Shown here piece after piece: positions 28,858 to 40,476 of a stretch of 64,000 nucleotides of DNA. A model generated the notes under the pieces. That model had not been told where the DNA came from and searched no databases. It saw nothing but the letters and a program-made list of their open reading frames with translations. Numbering within the stretch: the first letter of the stretch is position 1; each line of letters begins with the position of its first letter. The DNA comes from Pirellulales bacterium. GTDB lineage: Bacteria > Planctomycetota > Planctomycetia > Pirellulales > DATAWG01. The stretch covers positions 363,928 through 427,927 of the forward strand of contig CAVRYO010000007.1 in assembly GCA_963725485.1 (NCBI GenBank), read 5' to 3'. The translations under genes and the position numbers were made by a program.

Positions 28858-29262
28858 CCGCGGTTTGGAGGCGGCCCATTTCTACAACACCCGAATTCTG
28901 CGCCGCCTGACAGCAATTCGACGGGCGGCAACGGCGGTTGAATTCGATTCATAAGGTCCTGCTCCAGTACCAATTGCGGATGCCAACGGTACGAATCGAG
29001 CGGTGGCAATTTCAACTGAAAAAACGATGTACTAACTACTTCTCGCCAACGTCAAGTGCTAGCATTCGTTCGCTCGATGCGAGCATTCCGGCACTGTTGG
29101 GGGTTTGGACTTTAGTTTAAGCGTTTCGTCAATGTCAACGTCAGCTTGCGGGCCATAGTCGGCGCTCGCTGGGCTAGAAGAAGCAGCTCTCTTGAGCCGT
29201 CGCGATCTGGCATGCAGCAGTGACGGCTGGGGAGAGCCGTCCCACAGCCTTGTCCGCGGCGT

Positions 29263-30256
<994 letters not shown>

Positions 30257-30491
30257 TTACCGCACGCCGCGGGCTTTGCAAAGGGGGGGCCAAGGGGTCG
30301 CCCAAAGTTTGTCCCCGGACAATTGCAACTGCTATGATGGCGACCAAGCCAAGAATCTTGCCCGGCGGACGAATTACCAACAAGCCAACTTCCGCCAATT
30401 TAGCCGCTCGGCTCGCCGAGCGCGTTGCACCACACAATCAACGCCGCAATTCGAGTCGTCAACGTCTGGATCCGACCCCGGAGATTTCGCC

Positions 30492-31184
30492 ATGCCCGAG
30501 CCTCGTCAACACATGGATCATCCCGGGCTGGTCGAATCGATCCTCCGGCACATTCCCGGTTTCCACGGCTATCTCGAAAAAGAATTTCGCCGCGATAGCG
30601 ACGCGCTCCAGCGGCAATGGTTGGCCGATCGATTGCAGCAAGCCAAGCGCTCGCTCGGCGCAATTAGCTTGCAATTGGTCGACGCTGGTCGATTGCCGCT
30701 GCTGACGCGATTCGATCGCTTGCGGGCCCAACTCGATTTGGTCATCGCGCGCATTCGCGGGGCATGGCAAGGCTATAGCGGCGTGTTCGATTTGGTGAAA
30801 GTGAACACGGCGGTTTTGGATCAAATCTACGAGCACGATCTGGCTGCGATGCACGCCGTTGAAGAGTTTTCGACAACCCTGGAGCGCGTCCTCGGCCAAC
30901 CGAGCACCAACATTCCGCGGCCGATCGGAAGCGCGGGAAGTACGCCCGAGCCAGCCATGGCGGCGGTGCCGTCAGCGGCGGCAAGCGCCGGCGGAGCGCA
31001 GGATGTGGCGGCGACCGGTGCTTCCGCGACGCCGGCCGTGACCTCGACAACGGCCATTCCCTCCGCATTGACTCCGCCAGCGGCGCTCGACGCTGAAGCC
31101 GCATTGCCGCTGCTGGAAAATCAACTGACCGGCCTCGCTCAAGCCTGCGACCAGCGTTCGGAATTGTTGAAGGGCTTGGGTTAG
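30492..31184 (+). CDS. Hypothetical protein (230 aa), Ala/Ser/Thr-rich C-terminal half
   Basis: ATG at 30492; no recognisable motif. Confidence 0.4.
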   Translation: MPEPRQHMDHPGLVESILRHIPGFHGYLEKEFRRDSDALQRQWLADRLQQAKRSLGAISLQLVDAGRLPLLTRFDRLRAQLDLVIARIRGAWQGYSGVFDLVKVNTAVLDQIYEHDLAAMHAVEEFSTTLERVLGQPSTNIPRPIGSAGSTPEPAMAAVPSAAASAGGAQDVAATGASATPAVTSTTAIPSALTPPAALDAEAALPLLENQLTGLAQACDQRSELLKGLG

Positions 31185-31232
31185 CGCTGCTCGGAATCGA
31201 AATTGTTCCGGTCTTACAATCGTGTTCTATGA

Positions 31233-31300
31233 CTTCGGGAGGGCGAGGCTCCTGCCGAGCCATGCGCTGCGGCTCGGCAGGAGCCTCGCCCTCCTGAGAA
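31233..31300. repeat. Third copy of the ~60-bp palindrome gggagggcgaggctcctgccgagc...gctcggcaggagcctcgccctcc
   Basis: Perfect 24-bp stems; same unit as at 18545-18665. Confidence 0.6.
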
Positions 31301-31345
31301 TGCCAAGACTCAACATCGTGCAACACATAACGGGGAGATGATCGT

Positions 31346-32370
31346 ATGGGTTTGCGTTTGGAAGTAATCCAGTTTCTCGACGAGTCGAACCAGGCGTTGG
31401 TCCAGCGGATGCCGGCCGAAGGCACCGCCGACATCAAATACGGCGCGCAACTTATCGTGCAGCAAAACCAAGAGGCCGTCTTTTTCCGCGACGGCAAAGC
31501 GCTCGATGTGTTTCAGCCCGGCCGCCACACGCTCACCACCGCCAACGTGCCGATTCTCACCCGGCTGCTGACGATCCCCTGGGAAAAGTCGCCGTTTCAG
31601 GCTTGCGTCTATTTCATCGGCAAGCAAACGTTTGTCGATCAGAAATGGGGCACGCCGCAGCCGATCGTTTTTCGCGACAAAGATTTCGGCATGGTTCGCC
31701 TCCGCTCGTTCGGCAAATACTCGCTGCGCGTGGCCGATAGCTCCGTGCTGATCAATACGCTGGTCGGCACGCAAGGCAAATACACGACCGAGGCGGCCTG
31801 CGATTTTCTCCGCGATCTGATCGTCTCGCGGCTGGCCGACGTGCTGGGCTCGGCCGGCATGGGACTGTTGGACATGCCGATGCATTACGAGCAGATCGCC
31901 TCCGGCGCTCGGGCCAAAGTGGCGGCCGACTTTGCCAAGTATGGCTTGGAGTTGGTCGACTTCTTCATCAACGCCATCACGCCGCCGGATGAGGTGCAGC
32001 AAGCGATCGACGCCCGCAGTTCGATGGGCGCGGTCGGCGATTTGAACGCCTTCATGAAATTTCAGGCGGCTCAAAGCATGGCCAAGATGGCCCAGCAAGG
32101 AGGCGGCGCGGGCGACGCCAGCAGCGCGATGGGCATGGGCATGGGCGCCGGCTTCGGGATGATGATGCCCGCCATGATCCGCGAAGCGATGATGGCCGGC
32201 GCGCCGCAAGCGGCCCAGATGGCGACGCAGCCCACTCAGCCGGCGCCGCAATCGCCGGCGGGGCCGCAGATGACGCCGCTGGGCATGACGTCGCCCGTGT
32301 TGCCGCAACGAGGAGGTGCCGTTGGCGGATCCGATTTTGATGATCTAGGATCCGCAGTCGATCCGCACAA
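31346..32370 (+). CDS. SPFH/band-7 domain protein (COG4260-like) with Gly/Met/Gln-rich C-terminal tail; true 3' end uncertain
   Basis: MGLRLEVIQFLDESNQALVQRMPAEGTADIKYGAQLIVQQNQEAVFFRDGKALDVFQPGRHTLTTANVPIL is a typical SPFH N-terminus. As written the frame reads on to 32656, overlapping the next gene; the other two frames stop at 32338-32348. Confidence 0.6.
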
Positions 32371-32760
32371 TTGGTTCGCAACGTCGTGCAAACCGGCAGT
32401 TACAAGCTGCAAGAAGATGGCGACACGTGGCAAGTCACCGTACCGGTCGGCACGATGCGGAAACAAACCGTTACGATTACCTTCGGCCAACATGACGAGG
32501 GCAACCATGCGATCGTCAGCTTCCGCTCCACCTGCGGCCCGGCCACCGAGCAGAATGCCCAGGCCCTGTTGCGATACAACACGAAGCTGGTCCAAGGGGC
32601 TTTCGCTTTCGACAAAATCGGCGACCGCGAAATGGTGGTCCTGCAAGCCACGCTGATGGCCGACGCCCTGACCGGCCCCGCCGTCTCGCAAGTCATCACC
32701 GCGATCGCCTGGCAAGCCGACAAAGTCGAAGAGAAATTGACCGGCGCAGATCAGTTCTAA
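32371..32760 (+). CDS. YbjN-like (putative sensory-transduction regulator / T3SS-chaperone-like fold) protein; TTG start, or a fusion to the SPFH gene via frameshift
   Basis: LVRNVVQTGSYKLQEDGDTWQVTVPVGTMRKQTVTITFGQHDEGNHAIVSFRSTCGPATEQNAQALLRYNTKLVQGAFAFDKIGDREMVVLQATLMADALTG is a YbjN-family pattern. No ATG is present; the ORF track's start codon is TTG. Confidence 0.5.
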   Translation: MVRNVVQTGSYKLQEDGDTWQVTVPVGTMRKQTVTITFGQHDEGNHAIVSFRSTCGPATEQNAQALLRYNTKLVQGAFAFDKIGDREMVVLQATLMADALTGPAVSQVITAIAWQADKVEEKLTGADQF

Positions 32761-32937
32761 CTATCTTGCGAAAAAAATTCTGTCGGCACCGGCGGGTGCG
32801 GCGGGCGGCGCCCGTCCTAAAGAGCCGCGCACAGAGTGAGCGGAGGGCAAGGGATGGCTTTCTCGCACCATCGCTTACTGCGTGCGCGGCTCCTTACGAA
32901 GCAGCATACGCTCAACGGAGCCTGGCCTCGGCGGCTG

Positions 32938-34790
32938 CTAGATTCTTGCGCCGGCGGTGTCGTCGGGATTGATTGTGAGCGCCTGCTGAAATTGAACGAT
33001 GGCCTCGGCGAATTGGCCGCGGCCGGCCAGCGCGACGCCGAGGTTGTTCAGGGCGTCGACGTAATCGGGCCGCAATTCGATCGCCTTTTGATATTCGGCG
33101 ATGGCTGCGTCGACCTCGCCGCGGCCGGCCAGCACGCGGCCCAGATTGTAATGGGCCTCGGCATAGGCCGGTTCAATCGCCAAGGCCTTCTTGAACTCGG
33201 CTGTCGCCTCATCGGCGTGGCCGCTGCTGGCCAACGCCACGCCGAGATTTTGATGGGCCTCGATGTACTTCGGGTTGAGCTCGATCGCCTTTCGATATTC
33301 AGCGATCGCCTTGTCGAACTCGCCGCGCTGGGCCAGCTCAATTCCAAGATGGTAATGGGCTTCCGGATAGTCCGGCCGCAATTCGAGCGCCTTTTGGAAC
33401 AGCGGCATGGCTTCTTCCCCTTTTCCGCGTAAGACGAGAGCGAAGCCCAGGTTGTCGTAGGCCAGCCAGCAGTCGGGATTTTCCTTGATCGTCGCGCGGT
33501 ACAACGTCTCCTGGTCGGCATAGATCGCACTTTGCTGCCAGGTAAGAAATGCCAACGCGGCCAGCAATGCCCCGCCGAGCACGTAACCAATCCAGCGGCG
33601 GCCCAACCGCTGAAAAAACATCGTCGCCAGGCCGGCAAACAGTGCGCAGGGCACAATCATGGCTGCGTATTGATAGTGATCCGCTACGAATGAATAAAGC
33701 ATGAAATAGATGTTCACAAACCCCAGAACGGGGAGCAGCAAGCCCACATAGCAGATGAGCAGCATCACGATCGGCCGGCCCCAGTCTGCGCGTTTTCCAC
33801 CACGCCAGGGCGAGCAGTACCAGCAATAACGCACCGGGTAAATAGGCCAGCACGTTCCGCGGATCAATTTGCCAACGCGGATAGATCATGCACAGGTCCA
33901 CCGGCCAGAGCAGCTTGCCGAGATAGAACCAGACGGCGCGGCCGGCGATCGCCAGGCGGCTGAAAAAACTTTCGTTGCCGACCGCGGCTTCCGCCCCGGC
34001 CAAGTGTTGCGTCCAAATCTCGATCCCGGCCATTACCGCGCCGATCAGCAGATACGGAACCACGCGCACGATGTCGCGCCACACGATTCGCCCGCGCTGC
34101 CACCAGGCAATGGCCAGCAACACCACGGGCAGCGTGATGACCATCCCCTTGGCCAGCGTCGAAAGCAAGAACGCGCCGACCGCCAGGGCGTAGCGCCACC
34201 GCCCCTCACGTTTTTCCGATGAAAGAAAGAAGTACACCGACACCAGCGCGAACAGCAGCGACAGGATGCCTTTCAACTGCGCGATCCAAGCCACGCTTTC
34301 GACATTCACTGGATGCAGCGCGAACAGCGCCGCGGCGAACCGCGCGCGAGGCCCGCAACTGCAGAAGGATACGCCAGAGCAAGAGCGCCGAAATCGCGTG
34401 TCCCGCGAGATTCACCCAATGAAAGCCCAGCGGCGTGAGGCCCCAGAGTTGGTATTCGACCCAATAGGCGGTATACGTCAGCGGCCAATAATTAAGATAA
34501 CCCCCCGGCACCCAAATCTTGGCCAACCCGCCCGGCCGCAGAACCGGATTGTTCAGCAAGTGCAGATCGTCGTCGAACAAAAACCCGCCGTTCCAAGCCG
34601 GCAGGTAGACCAAAAACACAGCGGCCACCAAACACGCAACAAACAGCAAATCTGCTGTCTCAAGCGACCAACCACCGGAAGCCGAGTTTCCACCGGCTAC
34701 CGGAACGGCTCCCGCACCTGCATCTGGCCCGCGAGTGCGCTTTGTGGTCGACGCCGTCCTGGTTCGTTTTCGGCTCATTCCGCTTTTCAA
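32938..34790 (-). pseudogene. TMTC/DUF1736-like polytopic membrane protein with C-terminal TPR repeats; at least two apparent frameshifts (~33800, ~34330)
   Basis: N-terminus FLFDDDLHLLNNPVL...YWPLTYTAYWVEYQLWGL..GFHWVN (TMTC/PMT-like); middle NVESVAWIAQLKGILSLLFALVS...LLIGAVMAGIEIW; C-terminus LAYDNLGFALVLRGKGEEAMPLFQKALELRPDYPEAHYHLG plus 5 more TPRs. The three pieces are in different frames. Confidence 0.6.
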
Positions 34791-34863
34791 ACGCCAGTCG
34801 CGGCAAGATCTGCCTGGCTGCGAGACGCGGCAGGGATATCATACGACCTTGGCTCGACCGGCT

Positions 34864-36583
34864 TCATGTGAGCGGAAACCTCAATCCGGCGAGCATACCG
34901 CTAATGCTGCAGCTTCTTGTAGCGAAACCGGTGGGGCTGATCGGCTTCCAGTGCCTAGCCGCTCGTTGCGTTGCTGCTTCGTAGGTCTGGAAATTGCCTT
35001 CGCATACATGCACGTAGCCGTCTCCTTCGAAGGCGATGACGTGGGTGGCCACGCGGTCCAGGAACCAGCGGTCGTGGCTGATGACCACGGCGCAGCCGGC
35101 GAAGTTGAAGATCGCTTCTTCCAAGGCCCGGAGCGTGTCGACGTCCAGGTCGTTCGTCGGTTCGTCGAGCAGCAGCAGATTGCAGCCGCGCCGCAAGCAG
35201 CTTGGCCAGGTGCACGCGGTTCCGCTCGCCGCCCGACAGATCGCCGACCTGCTTCTGCTGGTCGGTGCCGGTGAAATTGAACCGGGCCACGTAGGCCCGG
35301 GCGTTGATCTTGCGGCCGCCCATTTCGATCGTGTCGTGCCCGCCGGAGATTTCTTCGAACACCGTGTTGTCGGCGGCCAAAGCGTCGCGGTTCTGGTCGA
35401 CGTAGCCCATGTTCGACGGTCGGACCCGATGCGGATCGTGCCGGAGTCGGGCTTCTCTGTGCCGATGATCATGCGAAACAGCGTCGTCTTGCCGGCGCCG
35501 TTGGGCCCGATGATGCCCGACGATGCCGCCGGCCGGCAGGCGGAAGCTGAAATTTTCGAACAGCACCTGATCGCCATAGGCCTTGGAGATTTTGTCGGCC
35601 TCGACGACCAATTCGCCGAGCGGCTTGCCCGGCGGAATCTGAATTTCGAACTCCTCTTCCTGGTCGACGATATTTCTCGGCCGACATTTGTTCGTAAGCC
35701 TTGAGCCGGGCTTTGCTCTTCGCCTGCCGGGCCTTGGGAGCCATGCGGATCCATTCCAACTCGCGGTCGAGCGTTTTCTGCCGGGCCGACGCCGCGCTTT
35801 CTTCTTTCGCCAGCCGGTCCCGCTTCTGCTGGAGCCACGAGGTGTAGTTCCCTTCCCACGGAATGCCCCGGCCGCGGTCGAGTTCCAGAATCCAGCCGGC
35901 CACGTTGTCGAGAAAATAGCGATCGTGCGTCACCGCGACCACCGTGCCGGGATATTCCGCCAGATGCCGCTCGAGCCAGTTGACCGCCTCGGCGTCGAGA
36001 TGGTTCGTCGGCTCGTCGAGCAGCAGCAGATCGGGCCGCTCCAGCAGAATCTTGCACAGCGCCACGCGCCGCCGCTCGCCGCCGGAGAGCTTCGTCACAT
36101 CGGCATCGCCGGGCGGCAGGTTCATCGCATCCATCGCGATTTCGATCTGCCGGTCGAGTTCCCAGGCATTGTGCATTTCGATCTGGTCTTGCACGCGGGC
36201 CTGCTCGGCCAGCAGCTTTTCCATCTCGTCGGCGCTCGAGCGGCTCGCCAAGCCGGGCGTTGATTTCGTCGAACCGGCGCAAGATGGCCGCGGGTGTGGC
36301 TGACCGCCTCTTCGACATTTTCCAGCACCTTCTTGTCGGGATTCAGCTGCGGCTCTTGCGACAGATAGCCGGCCGTGAAACCGTCGGTGAGCTTGGCTTC
36401 GCCGTCGAATTCTTTGTCCTGCCCGGCCATGATCCGCAGCAGCGTGCTCTTGCCCGAGCCGTTGCGGCCCAACACGCCGATCTTGGCGCCGGGATAGAAC
36501 GAAAGCCAGATATCCTTGAGCACCTCGCGCTGGCCGAGCTTCTTGACAAGGTCGGCGATTTGATAGATGTATTGTGGGGCCCA
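34864..36583 (-). pseudogene. ettA: ABC-F ATPase EttA (energy-dependent translational throttle), disrupted by at least six apparent frameshifts including one directly after the start codon
   Basis: Reading across frames: [94 protein letters not shown] / [16 protein letters not shown] / [131 protein letters not shown]... / [30 protein letters not shown] / YVDQNRDALAADNTVFEEISGG...SGGERNRVHLAKLL / [54 protein letters not shown]. This is near-colinear with E. coli EttA. Confidence 0.75.
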
Positions 36584-36818
36584 TGCGATTATTCTTTGCC
36601 GATTCGGGGCGATAATTTGTGGTTAACTCAGCCAGATCGTCGTACAGCCAGGCAATTCTATCCGGCTGAGGGCCAACTCGTATAGGCTTGGGTATCGACG
36701 CGTTATCGACACGAAGCCAGGCACCACGTGACACCGATCGTGCCACCCGATTGCGGCTGGGCGCTGCATTTATTAGGCTGAGTGCCGAACGCCACCTAAC
36801 CACCCAGCGAGTCGGCTC

Positions 36819-37788
36819 ATGGCCCAGTATGCTTCGCCCGATGTTCTCGTCACCACCGAGTGGGTCGCCGAGCACGAGCAAGATCCCAAAGTGCGGATCG
36901 TCGAGTGCGACGAAGATCGTGTTGCTCTATCAGCAGGGGCACATCCCCGGCGCCGTGAAGCTCGATTGGCACACCGAGTTGCAAAATCCTCTCGTGCGCG
37001 ACTTTCTCGACAAGCCCCATTTCGAGCAACTGATGCGCGCTCAAGGGCATCGCCAACGATACGGCGGTCGTGTTCTATGGCGACAAGAACAACTGGTGGG
37101 CTTGCTACGCCTTTTGGGTGTTCAAGCTGTTCGGCCACGAAAAATGCCTGCTCATGAATGGCGGCCGCAAGCGCTGGGAACTGGACGGCAAAGCCTGGGT
37201 GCGCGATCCCGAGCCGAGCTATCCGCCACCGAATATCAGGCCAAGGATCCCGACCTCTCGATCCGGGCCTTCCGCGACGAAGTGCTCAAACATCAACGGG
37301 CCGGCAAGCCGCTGGTCGATGTGCGTTCGCCGGGCGAATACACCGGCGAACTGTTGCACATGCCCGACTATCCGCAAGAGGGGGCGCTCCGCGGCGGCCA
37401 TATTCCCGGTGCGGTGAACATTCCCTGGGCCAAGGCGGCGAATGAAGACGGCACGTTCAAGATCGCCAAGGAACTGGAACAGCTATATCTCAAGGAAAAC
37501 GGACTGACTCGCCGCAGCCGCGTGGTCGCCTATTGCCGGATCGGCGAGCGGTCGAGCCACACCTGGTTCGTGCTGCATTATTTGCTGGGCTTTCCGCAGG
37601 TAAAGAACTACGACGGCTCGTGGACCGAATGGGGCAACGCGGTCGGCTTGCCGATCGAACGCGGCCCAGGTGAGAAACACGGCAAGCCGGCCGAAGCCGC
37701 AAAGCCGACCGACCACCCCACGCCCGCCGATGCTCCGAAAGCGCCGGAGCAGAGCCCCGCGCCGGAGCACTCGCACACCGCGCCGTAG
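36819..37788 (+). pseudogene. Rhodanese-domain sulfurtransferase (thiosulfate/3-mercaptopyruvate sulfurtransferase, SseA-like), at least three apparent frameshifts
   Basis: [33 protein letters not shown] / [44 protein letters not shown] / [41 protein letters not shown] / [41 protein letters not shown]...VVAYCRIGERSSHTWFVLHYLLGFPQVKNYDGSWTEWG (active-site Cys in CRIGER). Confidence 0.75.
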
Positions 37789-37829
37789 ACCGGTAAAGAG
37801 CCGCGCACGAAGCGGTTTCGCTTGCCGCG

Positions 37830-37870
37830 CATCGCCTTTCTCCCCTCTCCCGCAAGGGGCGAGGGAAGTT
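37830..37870. repeat. REP-like GC palindrome (cccctctcccgcaaggggcgaggg)
   Basis: Same motif as at 600-660 and in the 48940-49440 array. Confidence 0.4.
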
Positions 37871-37977
37871 TCGCGCCGGTCGCCCAGTCTCTACCCACGG
37901 CCGCTTGCAACGCGGAATCGTTTGCCGCATAACAAGACAGTGCGACGCCGCTGCTCACTCGCGGGGGAGACTCTCGC

Positions 37978-38640
37978 TTGGCCGTCAGTCCGTCCTCGAC
38001 CCACAACCCGATTCTGTACGATCCCGACGTGCAGTTGATGCTCCGGGTGCGCGACGCCGACGATGCGGCCGCGTTCGAAGAGCTCATGCTGCGCTATCAG
38101 AATCGGCTCATCGCCGTGTTGGAGCACGTCGTCGGCCGGCGCGATCTGGCCGAGGATCTGGCCCAGGATGTTTTCTTGCGGGTTTATCGGGCGCGAAAGC
38201 GGTATGTGCCCGGGGCGAAGTTCTCCACCTGGCTGTTCACGATCGCCAACAACGCGGCGTTCAACGCGCTGCGCAGCCGAGCCCGGCGGCACGAGATTTC
38301 AATCGCTCAGCAGGGGAACAATTCCACCGGCGTGATGAGCCTGGAGCAATTGGCCCAAGCCCGCAGCAGCGCGATGCCGGCCCGGCAGGCCGACAAAGCC
38401 GAAATGCGGGACGTGATCCAGGACGCGATGGCCACGCTCAACGAGCGGCAGCGGATGGCGGTCCTGCTGAGCAAATTCGAAAGCATGAGCTACGAGGAAA
38501 TCGCCGAGACGATGGATATGACCCCGCAAGCGATCAAGTCGCTCCTCAGCCGAGCCCGGGGCAATTTCCGCGCGGTGTTGGAGCCATACTTGGAAACCGG
38601 GAAACGACAGCCGCCCGGCCAGCATTCCCCTGGCTCGTGA
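37978..38640 (+). CDS. RNA polymerase sigma-70 factor, ECF subfamily
   Basis: Region 2 LAEDLAQDVFLRVYRARKRY...STWLFTIANNAAFNALR and region 4 MSYEEIAETMDMTPQAIKSLLSRAR. Confidence 0.85.
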   Translation: MAVSPSSTHNPILYDPDVQLMLRVRDADDAAAFEELMLRYQNRLIAVLEHVVGRRDLAEDLAQDVFLRVYRARKRYVPGAKFSTWLFTIANNAAFNALRSRARRHEISIAQQGNNSTGVMSLEQLAQARSSAMPARQADKAEMRDVIQDAMATLNERQRMAVLLSKFESMSYEEIAETMDMTPQAIKSLLSRARGNFRAVLEPYLETGKRQPPGQHSPGS

Positions 38641-38662
38641 GGCGTCTGTCTTATTCGCTGAT

Positions 38663-39166
38663 ATGCCCGACGAACCCAAAACACCGGCGGAATCGCTTGA
38701 CGAGGAGCTCGTTGCGTATTTGGATGGCGAGCTCGACGAGGGATCCGCCCGGAAGCTCGAAGCGCGGCTGGCGGCCGAAGAACCGGTTCGCCAGCGATTA
38801 AAGCAGTTGGCCCAAAGCTGGGATCTGCTTGATCAGCTTCCCCGCACGAATGTCGACGAGCGGTTCGCCCGCACCACGGTGCAAACCGTCACGCTAGCGA
38901 TCGCCCAGCAAGTGCAGGACGATGAATCGACCGAGCCCGTGCGGCGACGCTGGCGGTGGATTACGAGCGCGGCACTGGTGATCGGCTGCGGTGTGGCGGG
39001 CTTCCTGCTCATCGCCGGGGTTTACGGCCGGCCGAACGAACGCCTGTTGCGAGACTTGCCGGTGATCGAGAATGTCGAACTCTACCGCCAGGCGGGCGAT
39101 CTCGACTTTCTGCACAAGCTGCAAGACGAAGGGCTGTTTGTCGAGGAGCCCAGCGATGGTTCGTAA
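38663..39166 (+). CDS. Putative anti-sigma factor (single TM)
   Basis: N-terminal LDEELVAYLDGELDEGSARKLEARLAAEEP (anti-sigma N-terminal pattern), one TM (WITSAALVIGCGVAGFLLIAGVY); immediately downstream of the ECF sigma gene. Confidence 0.6.
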   Translation: MPDEPKTPAESLDEELVAYLDGELDEGSARKLEARLAAEEPVRQRLKQLAQSWDLLDQLPRTNVDERFARTTVQTVTLAIAQQVQDDESTEPVRRRWRWITSAALVIGCGVAGFLLIAGVYGRPNERLLRDLPVIENVELYRQAGDLDFLHKLQDEGLFVEEPSDGS

Positions 39167-40181
39167 GCTCCTCGCTGAGCATCGACCGGGCAAAGGGGAA
39201 AGTCCCATTTTGCTCGGCGGCACTCGCAAAATTGGGACAGTCCCCACCGTCTTTCGCGCGCTTGTATTGCTGCTGCTCGCCGCCGGGCCGGTTTGGGCGC
39301 TCGATTGGCTCGCCGAGCGCCGCGAACAAGTGGCCCAGATGTCGGCCGACGAGCGCGACGAGCTGCGCGAGAAATACGACAAGTTCGAAGCCCTTAGCCC
39401 CGACGAGCAAGACCAACTTCGCCGCCTGCACGAGCAGTTGGAAAGCGACCCGCAGGGAGACAAGCTCCGCCGTCTGCTGTTGCGTTATCATGAATGGCTG
39501 AAGACGCTGACGCCCGGCGAGCGAGCCGATCTATTGGCGCTGCCTCAGGCGGAACGAGTCGCCCGGATCAAAACGCTGAAGCGCGAGCAAGAGGCCCGCG
39601 CCGCGTCGTTGGCCGGCGGCCCCGAGCTATTGCCGCGCGATATCCAGGCCTTGTCGCGCTGGATCGAGCAGTTTGGCGCCGACCACGAAACGGAACTGCT
39701 CGCGAAGGTGAAGCCTGCCCGGCGGCAGGAAATCAAGGCCACCGAAGGCGCGGCCCACCGCAGGGCGGTCGCGTTGGTAGCGTGGCAACATTGGCGAACC
39801 GGCAACAAGCTCCCCACCGTATCCGCGGCCGAGGTCGAGCGATTGGCAGAACAGCTTTCTCCGGCGCCGCGCCGGGCACTCGAAGCCCAGTCGCCGGGAA
39901 CGGAACGGGTTCGCATGATTCACGATTGGGTCCAAGCGATCGCCCGGACACGATATGCGAACGCCTTCAAGTCGAGTCCATCGGTCAACGCGGCCGATTT
40001 GGCCCAGTTCATGGAGCGTGATTTGAGCAAGGCGGAGCGCGACCGTCTGATGGCTTTGCCGCAAGAAGAAATGCGCCGCGAATTGCGGCGGCTCTATTCT
40101 CTGCGCAAACATTCCTCGGAACCGCCGCCGACCGAAAAGAAGGCCCCCGCCGATAAACCAGGCAATTCGGCGGCAAAATGA
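39154..40181 (+). CDS. Hypothetical periplasmic/membrane protein, third gene of the ECF module; coiled-coil, Glu/Arg-rich
   Basis: N-terminal hydrophobic segment (TVFRALVLLLLAAGPVWAL), then helical charged repeats (DELREKYDKFEALSPDEQDQLRRLHEQLESDPQGDKLRRLLLRYHEWLKTLTPGERADLLALPQAERVARIK). Its start overlaps the anti-sigma stop. Confidence 0.45.
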
Positions 40182-40476
40182 GCGGATTTTCACCCTCCGG
40201 CGGGGAGGAAATGGTTAATTTTGAGGTTTTTGGCGCTGCGGCGGAACGCGGAGTTGCCTGCTACGTAGTAGGCACATTCCATGTGCCGTATGGGCTCAAA
40301 GTGAACCGCAACCGGCGGGGAATATGTTGGCGGCCCCGCGACGATATATCTATAATGATTCGCCGGCTTGGGTTATGCGCTGAAGACGGCATATTCAACC
40401 GCGAAAAACGCCGGCGGATTGCTTGATCTTTTCACCTAATCCAAGAAACCATTCGGAATCTGATAAGGGATCTGCC

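Noticed and set aside
34864-36881. Three separate ABC ATPase genes (ORFs 34864..36318, 35469..36881, 34955..35611, 36122..36523)
   Set aside because: Together they tile a single EttA/ABC-F protein colinearly (two ABC domains plus arm and linker). The fragmentation comes from frameshifts, not from multiple genes.
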